Origin: Scenedesmus sp. PABB004
Lineage: Eukaryota
Reading direction: 5' to 3'
NCBI GenBank assembly: GCA_014905635.1
Contig: JABVCE010000010.1
Coordinates: 992,001 to 1,056,000, forward strand
Length of the DNA stretch: 64,000 bases
Part shown: positions 24,826-34,284 of the stretch, in pieces
Layout of the letters: each line of letters starts with the position of its first letter
Position numbering within the stretch: the stretch's first letter is position 1
Translations under genes and position numbers: made by a program
The notes under the pieces: model-generated
The model's input: the letters and a program-made list of their open reading frames with translations, nothing else
Databases searched by the model: none
Told to the model about the DNA's origin: nothing

Positions 24826-26320
24826 TCAGCGGAAGGACTTGTCGTCAAACAGGCGCCGCGGCGCCCACTGCAGCCCTTCGCGCGCGCGCCGGTCGGCCGG
24901 CGGCACCCGCCACTCGCCCTGCGCAGGGCGGCGCGGCAGGGGCAGAAGCGGTCGGCAGGCCGGCTTGCTGCCCGCGAGGCGTGGCCACGCAGACCCCTCC
25001 CCCGCGCCGGCGCTGCCGCACCAGGATCGGGTCGTACACGCCCTGGCTTGCCGGCGTGCGGACCTTGCGCGTGTGGCTCGTCGCGCCCGGCGGCTGGTCA
25101 AAGCGCAGGCCGCCGGGCGCGGCCTCGCGCTCGGCCGCCGCCGCGCCGGCCGGCGGGGGCGACAGCCAGACGTGGCGCAGGCAGTCGTAGGCGCCGCCAC
25201 CGCCGCCGCCGCCGCCGCCCTTGCCGCTGCCGCGCGGCGCGGCGCGCGCGCCCGCGTCGGGCGCGGGCGCGCCGCTGCCGGCGTCGTCGCCTGCCGCCGC
25301 GGAGCCGTCCTCCAGGACCAGCACCTGAGCGCGCGCCGCGCCCGCCGCACGCGAGGGGAGCCGCCGCAGGCCGATGAAGCCGTGCGCGCGGTCGCTGGCG
25401 CGCTGCCGTGCCGCCTGCGCGTCCGCGTCGGGCGCCTCCAGCCACGCGTGCGTCAGTGGGTTGTATCGCCCTTGCGCCGAGCGCGCCGTGCCTGGTCGGC
25501 GCTGCAGCGCCGCCGCCGGGCTGCCGCGCGCCGCCCTGAGCTCGGCCGCGGGCGCGCTGCCGGGCCGTGCCGGCCGCCCGCCGCCGCCGTCCAGGCCCTC
25601 GCCGGTGATGGGGTTGCGCGCCGCGCGCGACTCCGGCCGGCCGCGCCCCCGGTCGGGGTAGATGTGCTCGCGCTGCGCAACGGCGCGCGGCGCGTCCACG
25701 TCGGCCTGGCGGGCAAACGGGCGGGCGCGCGGGCGGGCGGTCAAGCGCGTGCCGCGGCGCGGCAGGGGGCGTGCCCGACGGCGCAACGCGCGGCGGCACC
25801 TTGTGGTGGTGGTGGCAGGCCTGGCCCGCGCGCTCGCGTGCTCGCGCTGCGCGCGCGTTGATGGCCGCGAGGTCGGCCGCCGCCTGCGCGTCGGCGCTGC
25901 AGACGTTCTTCTTGCTGCAGGGAAGCCGGGGGCGCAGCGTGGGCTTCACGTACGTGCCGCGCGGCTGCGGCGGGGGCGGCGTGCGGCGCTGGTGAACGAG
26001 GCCCGCCGCGCGCGGCACGGCAGGCGCTCGCCGCCGCCCGGCCCGTGCATCGCACGCACCACGTACTCGACGAACGCGCCCGGCTGCTTGGTGAGCGGCG
26101 CCACCGGCTTCCTCCGCGGCAGTGGCACCACCACCGGGGGCGGCGGCGGGCGCGGGGCGGCGCCGCGCCGCGGCGGCGCCGCGCTGCCGCCGCCGGAGCT
26201 GCTGTCGCTGGCCCGCGCCGGCGCCGGCGCCGCCGCAGCTCCACGGTGCGTCGGGAAGTTCGGGAAGCCCAGGGCGGCGCGCTCAGCCGCGCCCAGGCGC
26301 AGGAAGTCCGTCCACTCCAT
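24826..26320 (-). CDS. Uncharacterised protein with repeated [YR][ND]P[IL]xxxW-like motifs, about 4 exons
   Basis: MEWTDFLRLG... with plausible GT-AG introns, ending GEWRVPPADRRAREGLQWAPRRLFDDKSFR*. Confidence 0.6.
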
Positions 26321-26751
26321 TTTTTTACGCCAGCGCGGACCAGCGCTTGACCGGCGCTGCCTGGCCCCGGCTGCGCTCGCGGCTCGCCCTCCCGCGCTCG
26401 AGCTGGTATAGCGTCACGGCAGCCGTTCGACGGGCGGCCGCCGGGGCTACGCGCTCAGCCGCCTCGCAGCGGAGCAGCGACCGAGGCGGAGCATCGTCGA
26501 CCCCTCCGCGCACGGGCGCTGGGGCGCGCGCCGCGCTCGTGAGCACAGCAGCGCGGTGGGACGCGGTGGGAGTGCTGCAGCAGTGGCCGAGCGGCGGCGA
26601 TGCGCGGCTCGCGGTTCAGCAGACGCGGCGGCGGGCTGGCGCGCGAAAGGCAGGCGTGCGACGGCGCCCGGCGGTTGCATATGCGCGCCGGCGCCGCCGT
26701 GGCGTGTCGCAGCCACGGCGCCGCCCGAGACGGGCGGTCAGGGCCGGCGCA

Positions 26752-27961
26752 TCACTTGGCGCCGAGCTCCTCCAGCAGCTCCTCGTCGTCGTCGTCGTCG
26801 TAGTCCAGATCCTCATCCTCATCGTCCTCCTCCGCGCCGGCGCCCTGGGGGAGCGGCGGGCGCGACGCGGGCGGGCGTGTCGCGCGAGCGCGAGCGCGAG
26901 CGCGAGCACAGCGCGCGCCCGCCGCCACGGCCGCCGCGGCCGCCGCACAACCACCGCCGCCGCGGCCGCGCACGGCCGCCGCCGCGGGCTCACCGCAAAC
27001 GCCTCCTCCTCGCCCTCAGACTCCTCGCCGTCCTCCTCCTCGCTGCTGCTCACGACCTTGCCGGCCGCCAGCTGCGCGAGGAACCACTGCTTGCCCGTCA
27101 CGCGCGCGCCGTCGGCCGCGCCGCCCTTGCCGTCGGCGCCGCGCGCGGCGGCCTGCTCCGCCTCAAACTGCGCGGCGCGCAGCCAGCGGCGGCGTCGGCG
27201 CGCGGCCGCGCTGCTGGCGCCACCGCCGCCGCCGCCAGTGGCTGCCACCGTCGCCGCCGCCGCCGCGGCCCGCCGGGCGCGCGCGGGGCCGCACGGTGCG
27301 CCGCACCTTTCGCCGCCACTCCTCAAACGCCTCGACCGTCACGGGGTGCCCGTGCGCGCGCGCCGCCGCGCGCGCCGCCTCCTCCTCCTCCCGCCGCCGC
27401 TTCTCCTCAGCCTCCGGGTCGGCGCCGCCGCCGGCGCCGCCCGGGCCCGCCGCGATGCGCGCGCCCAGCCACTCCTGGGCTGCGCGGCGGCGGGGCGGCG
27501 GCCGCGGGCAGCAGCAGCAGCGTCGGGCGTGGCGCCGAGGCGCCGCCGCAGCGCGGCGTCCCCCGCGCTGCCGCCAGCAGCGCCGGCGCCGGCGCCGCAC
27601 CCGCGGTAACCAGGGTGTAGATCATCGCCATGCCCAGGCTCTCAGCCGCGAGCGCCTCGAGCTCCGCCGTCGCCTCGGCGAGCTCCGCGTCCGACAGGCC
27701 CTGCAGGCTGCGCAGCCGCAGGCAGGGCGGCTCGTCGGGGTACGTCGGCGTGTGCGCAAACACGAGCTGCATCTGCAGCTCGTGGTCGTCCGGCTCGTCG
27801 CCGCCGCCCTCCTCGGCGGGCGGGCGGATCGTGACGGCCCAGGTCTTGCCGTGCCGGGACCAGCCGTCCGGGAGGTTGCCGTCAAACTCCTCGAGGTCGT
27901 CAGGGAAGATCGCCTCGAGCGCCTCCAGCTCCATCTCCTGCTCGCCCGCGTGGTCCGTCAT
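26752..27961 (-). CDS. RWDD1: RWD-domain protein, RWDD1/Gir2 (DFRP2) family, 4 exons
   Basis: EQEMELEALEAIFPDD, YPDEPP (RWD YPxxxP), SLGMAMIYTLV, HGHPVTVEAFEEWRRKF, RVTGKQWF and an acidic tail. Confidence 0.9.
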
Positions 27962-28679
27962 CGCCGCTGCCGCTGCTGCAGCTGCCGCTGCTGCCCCTGC
28001 TGCCGCTGCTGCTGCCGCCGCGCCGCCGCTGCCGCCGCTGCTGCGCGCTGGGCGGGGCGGGGCTCCGGGCGCCGCGCCTGGGGCCGGCCGAGCGCGCGCC
28101 GCGCCGCGCGCCTGCGCAGCAGCGGCCGGCGGCCGGCGGGCTCAGCGCAGCGCAGCGCGCGGCGGCTGCCGCGTGCTGACCCCTCGAGCGCCTGGTCACG
28201 CGCGGCCTCCCAGACGCAGGCAGGCAAGAGGCCTGGGCTGCGCACGAGCGCGGCGGCAGCTCGGCCGTGCGGCGCTGCTGCTGCGCTGCCGCCGCGGCGC
28301 CGGCGTGCGCACCTCACGCGCCCGACGCCGGCAGCGAAGCCTCACAGATCGATCGCGGCGGGTGCGGAGCTCGGGCGAGCGAGGGGGCTGCCGCGGGGAC
28401 GCGTTGATTGCTGATGGGGGGGGGGGCGACTGCAGACGGCGACAGCTGGGCGTGGGCGGTCGCTGGCCGGGCGTCGGCGAGCGTGAAAGCAGCACACGTG
28501 CACCGCCCGAGGGCTTTTGGCGTCAAAAACCTCATGTGTTACTTCGCCAGGGCGTGCGGCGGCACGCCCGCGGCCGCGCGCTGCACTGCAAGGTGCCGGC
28601 CGCCCCTCACCCGCTGCCAGAGCTGCGCACCAGCCGTAGGCCACACCCGCGACCCCGCCGGCGCGCCAGGGCGGGAGCA

Positions 28680-30496
28680 ATGCAGCTGTCGGGCGCCTGC
28701 AGTCGGCCCTGCGGCCGCACCGCGGCCCCGGGACGGCGGCTGGGCGCGCCGGCAGCACAGTGCCGGTGGCCCGGGATGGCCCGCGCCGCGGCGGCGGCGC
28801 CCGGGTGCGGGCGCGCGGCAGCGGCGCGGCAGCAGCTGCGGGAGCGGGCGGCGCGCCCACGCGAACCCCGCGCCCGGCCCCGCAGGCAGGTGGAGAGCAT
28901 CCAGGGCGTGCGGCCTGAGATCCAGGAGGCCATCGCGGCGGCGCTGGGCAACTGCGTGACGCAGACGTCGCTCCCGCTGCCGAACAAGCGCGTGGTGCGC
29001 CCGCGGCGGCGCTCGCCCGCGCCGCGCTCGCCCGCGCTCTGCTGGCCCGCACAGCACGGCGCCGCGCCGCCACTGCCTAAAACCCCGCGCCGCGCGTTCA
29101 GGGCAAGGTGCGCGACACGTATGAGCTGGACGACAAGATCGTCATCGTCACCACCGACCGCCAGTCAGCGTTTGACCGGCTGCTCGCGTCCATCCCCTTC
29201 AAGGGCCAGGCGAGCGCGCCCGCGCGCCGTGGCCTTGCGCCAACTCCCCAAGCCCGCGCGCTGCCGACGCGCGCGCCGCTGCCGCCCGCCGCCGCGCGCC
29301 TTGTCGCCAGGTGCTGAACCAGACGTCGGCGTGGTGGTTTGCCGGCACGTCGCACATCGTCGGCAACGCGGTGCTCGACGTGCCCGACCCAAACATCACG
29401 GTCATGAAAAAGTGCACAGTCTTCCCAGTCGAGTTTGTGGTCCGGGGGTACATGACCGGTGAGATGCGTGCGCGCCGCTGCAGCGCCGCCGCGGCGGCGG
29501 CCCCCGCCGCGCGACGACCCGGCCCCGGCCCGCCGCCGCGCGCCGTGTGCACCGCCGCGCCGACCCCTGACCCGGCCCGCCGCGCCGCGCCGCCGCGCAT
29601 GCCGCGCTGCGCCGCGCGCGCCAGGGTCGACCGACACGAGCCTGTGGACGCACTACAAGGCCGGCGCGCGGAGCTACTGCGGCAACGCCTTCCCCGACGG
29701 CATGGCCAAGAACGAGCGCCTCGCGGCCAACGTGATCACGCCGACGACCAAGAGCGAGACGCACGACGAGCCCATCGCGCCGGCCGACATCGTGGCGCGC
29801 GGGCTCATGACCGCGTCCGACTGGGACGCCGCAAGCGCGGCGGCGCTGTCGCTCTTTGCGCACGGCCAGGCCACCGCGGCGGCGCGGGGGCTGCTGCTCG
29901 TCGACACCAAGTACGAGCTGGGCAAGGACGCGGACGGCAACATACTGCTGCTTGACGAGGTGCGGCGCCCGCGGGCGCGGCGGGCGGCGGCGCCCGCGGC
30001 GGCGGCGGCGGTTCAGGCGGCCGTCGCCGGTTGCCGCGCGCACGCGCGCGGGGCTTGGGCGGCCCGCGCGGCTGACGGCCGCCGGCCCCGCCTCGCCCAC
30101 GTCTGCCCGCCGCGCGCGCCAGATCCACACGCCCGACTCGAGCCGCTACTGGCTGGCGGACAGCTACGAGGCGCGGCTGGCGGCGGGGGAGGAGCCGCAG
30201 AACATCGACAAGGAGTTCCTGCGCCTCTGGTTCAGGCAGCGCTGCGACCCCTACAAGGACGAGGTACGCGCGCGCGCGCACGCGGGGCCCCGCCGCCGCC
30301 GCCGCGCATTGTGACGCCCGCGCGCGCGTCTACGCGCGCGCAGGTGCTGCCCGCGGCGCCGCCGGAGCTGGTGCGTGAGCTGTCGTCGCGGTACGTCTAC
30401 CTCTACGAGCGCATCACGGGCCAGGCCTTTGCGCCGCCGCCGGCGGGCGAGCCCGTGGCGGAGCGCATGCTGCGCAACATGGCGGCCTACCTCTGA
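28680..30496 (+). CDS. purC: SAICAR synthase (phosphoribosylaminoimidazole-succinocarboxamide synthase), organelle-targeted
   Basis: [97 protein letters not shown] and [12 protein letters not shown]. Confidence 0.97.
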
Positions 30497-30776
30497 GACG
30501 CGCGGCGCAGCAGGCGTGTGTGCTGGCGGCGGGCGCGTGCTGGCCGCGGCGGCGGCCGGCCGGCGGCGTGCAGCGGCGTGTGCTGCAGCGGCGGTAACCA
30601 CTCGTCACCGCACCGCACGCGCACACGGCCGCGCTCCCGGGCGCAGCCGGGTCCGAAGCGCGCGCGCTGCGCTGCGCCGCCAGCCCCCGCCCGGCGCGCG
30701 CCGGCTGCGGCTGCGGCCGGCCGCGCGGGCGCGGGGGCCGTTGCGGCAGGGGGGCCGTGCATCGCGCCCTCCCCGC

Positions 30777-32847
30777 TCAGCTCGTGCTCATCGCCTCGCC
30801 GCCCGCGGCCGGCGCGCCGGCGGGCGCGGGCTTGGGCAGGTCGACCAGCTTGCCCTTGGCGTCGAGGGCCTTGCGGAAGGGGATGAAATCAATGCCCGGC
30901 AGGAAGGGCTGCAGCGCGGGCGGCACGCGCACGCCGGTCGGCGTCTGGTAGTTTTCGAGGACGCAGCAGAGCGTGCGCTGCGTTGCGGTGAGCGTCGAGT
31001 TGAGCATGTGCACGAAGGGCTTGGCCTCGGCCGCGCCGGGCGCGGTCTTGGGCGTGCGCACGCGGATGTCGAGGCGCCGCGACTGCGCGCGACCGCGGCA
31101 GCAGCGGCGGCACGGCGGCGACACGGCGGCGGCGGGCGGGGCGGGGGGCGCGCGGCTCTCGGCGGCGGGCTCGCGCGCGCGCGGCGCAGCCCCTCGCGCG
31201 CGGCGCAGCCGTCTCGCGCGGCAGCCCCCTCGCGCGCGCGCGCGCGCCCGCGCCTGGTAGTCTGTGCAGTTGGAGCAGGACACGAGCTCGCGGTGCGTCT
31301 TGCTCGCGGGGAACCAGGCCTCGAGGTCATACTTCTTGGCCGCCGCGTTGTTGAGCTCGCCGCTCACGATGTTGACCACGCGGTACGGCAGGCCCAGCGC
31401 CTGCGCACAGGTTTCAGGGTTCAGGGTTTAAACACGGGCGCGGCGGCGCGGCGGCACGGCGGCCGGCCGGCTCGGCCGACGCGGCGGCAGCCCCCCGCGC
31501 CCGCAGCGGCTGCGTGGCCGTGTGCGCGCGCTGCGCCCCCTCCCTCCCGCGCGCCTGGTAAAACTCCTCTGCGTTGCCAAGCATCTCCTCCATGACCTCC
31601 CAGCTCTGGTTGCCCTCGGGGCTGCAGATCACAAACTGCTCGACCTTCTCAAACTGGTGGATCCTGTGGGTGTGTGGGGTGTGTTGTGTGTGTGGGTGCG
31701 GGGTGTGTGGTGGGTGGTGGGTGTGGGCGTGGGTGTGTGTGTGTGTGGGGGGGGGGGGGGTGCGTGAGTGCAGGTGGGTGTGTGTGTGTGCGTGTGGGTG
31801 GGTGCAGGTGGGTATGTGGGGCGCGGCCCAACTCAGTCAGCCAGGGCGGCCCGCCGTGGCGGCGGCCCCTGTCGGCGGCGGCGCGGCGGCGCTGCGGCGG
31901 GCGCGCCTGAAGATGCCGAGCGTGTCGCGGCCGTGGCTGCCGGCCTCCTTGCGGAAGCAGGTCGAGTAGCCGACCATGCGCTGGGGCAGGTCGGAGCGCT
32001 CGAACCAGTCCTTGCGGTGCATCGCGCACAGCGTCTGCTCGCTCGTCGCGATGAGGTACTTGTCGTCACCCTCGCCTGGCGCGGGTCGGCGGCGCGGTGG
32101 GCGAGTGTGTGACCGGGTTGGATGGGCGGGTGCGTGGTGGGTTGGTGCGTGGCGCGCGGGCGGCGCGGGCGGGGAGCCTGCGTCGGCGCCGCCCTGCTGT
32201 GGGTCGGTCAACCGACCCACACACGCACCCACAGCCACCCCCCCCCCCCCACACACTTGGGCCCCCGCCCTCCCCCTCACCGGTGACCTTGTAGAGCTCC
32301 TCGTCAAACTGGGAGAGCTGCGCGCACTCGGCCATGATGTCCTGGCGCATGAAGAACGGCGTGTGCACCGGCTTGAAGCCGCGCCGGTACGCAAAGTGCA
32401 GCGCCGCGTTGATGAGCGCCTGCGGCGCGCGCGGCGGGCGGGCGTGGGGGTGGGCTCGGAGGCAGGCACGCGCGCCGGCTGGCGGCGGCGGCGGCGGCCA
32501 GGCGGCGGGCGGGCGCCGGGCGAGCGCCGTGCGCCTCTCTGGCGCCGCCACCGCCGCCGCGGCGCGCGCCTGGTTGAGCAGTGGCCCCTCATTGGTCAGG
32601 TAGTACCCCCGCCCGCCCGCCACGCTCGTGCCGGCCTCGAGGTCGACGATGTCCAGCAGCTGCGCCGGCGGGCGGGGAGGGAGGGGTGGGCGCGGGGGCG
32701 GCGCGGGGGGGGGGGGGGGGGTGCGCTGGGTCGCCGCGGCCGGCGCGGCCGCGCCGCGCCGCGTGGCCCCGCAGCTGCTGCTGGGCCACCTGCAGCAGCT
32801 GCTGCTGGGCCGCGTCCGCCCTTGCCCCCATGCACGCTCGAGCTCAC

Positions 32848-32878
<31 letters not shown>

Positions 32879-33883
32879 ACACATACACACGCGCGCGCCC
32901 CGCGCGCCCCTCCCCACCTGCACCAGGTCCACGTGGTTGTACAGCTTCTCCTCCTGCCGCGGCTCGCCCCACGTGCGCACGACGGCGTTGTTGTCCTGCG
33001 GGCGACCGACCGCGCGCACGCGCACGCGGGCCCCGGGCTCAGGCCGCGGCCGCCAGGCGCCGCGCGCCGCCGCCGGCGCGCCGCTGACGGGCGCTGGGCT
33101 GCCTGTCGCCGGCCGCCGCGCGCCGCTGCGCAGCCGCCCTGCGGGCGCCGCCCTTCGCGCAGCTGCGGGTGAGGTGCACCTCGTTGTCGCTGACGGGCAC
33201 GCTGTCGTGCACGAGGTTGCCGATGGGCAGCAGCGCCGCGTCGCGCGCGGCCGCGATCTCGCCCTCCTTGGCCTCCAGCTCGGCGATCGTCGCCTTCATC
33301 GCCTTGGTGCGCTCCTGCAGCTCGCCCGCGTCCTGCTTGGCCTGCGGTGCGCGGCGCGTGGCGGGTCGGTGGCGCGGGGTCGGCGGCGCGCGGCGAGCAG
33401 CGCTGCGTCGCGCCGGGCGCGCTGCCGGGCGGCCCACCTTGCGCAGCTCGCCGATCTGCTTGTTCAGCGCGTTGAACTCCTTCTTGACCTGGTCCAGCGC
33501 GAAGCGCGCTGCAGCGGCGGCGGCGCGGCGAGCTCGCGGGCGCGCGCGCGCGCACGCGAGCAGCCGCCGCAACCGCAGCGGCAGCGGCGACGGTGGGGGC
33601 CGGCCCGCCGCCGGCGCTCGCCGGCGCGCGGCGTCCAGCTCGCCGCCCCGCCGGCTGGTCGGGCCGCTCACCATTGCGCCAGTCCGCGTCCAGCTGCACG
33701 ACCTTGTCCACCAGGCCCACATCGGCGAAGCGCCGGCGCTGGCTCTCCCGCACGCGCTCCGGGTCGCCGCCCTTCTCTGCGCGGCGCGCAAGCGTGAGCA
33801 CCGACGAACGGCCAGGCTCGCCCGCGGGGCGGCACGCGCGCCAGCGCGCGCGCACCGACGCGGAACTCGTTGATGTCCAGCAT
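30777..33883 (-). CDS. serS: Seryl-tRNA synthetase, cytosolic type
   Basis: [117 protein letters not shown] and [15 protein letters not shown]. Confidence 0.98.
31665..31820. repeat. Low-complexity (GT/GGGT)n tract in a SerRS intron
   Basis: Directly visible TG-rich tract with a G run at ~31747-31760. Confidence 0.85.
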
Positions 33884-34284
33884 TCTGCCCGCTGGAGGGC
33901 GCGTCAATCGCTGTGCGCAGCGTGGTCGGCGGCGGGCGCGCCGGAGAGGCCCGTGACGCGAGGCGGGGGCTGCTTGGGCACCTGGCGCGGGCCCAGACGA
34001 CCGCAAAGACCGCGCGCCTGCTGCTCCACCTCTGCTGGCGTCGACAACACGCCCGCCAGGCTCTCACACCCGCACCCCACACCCACCCTCACCCGCGCAG
34101 CTGCCACGAGCACACCCAGCAGCCGCCACCGCCGCGGGCGGCGGCGCGCAACTGCTGCCGCTGCTGCCGCGCCTGGGCGCACGCGCCATCCCTGCTGCGC
34201 GCAGCCCACGCGCCCGCACTCCTCCCGACGCCCAGGCGCTCCACCCGCTCTCAGGTGGACGCCCCGCCCTCGCCAGAGCTGGGC

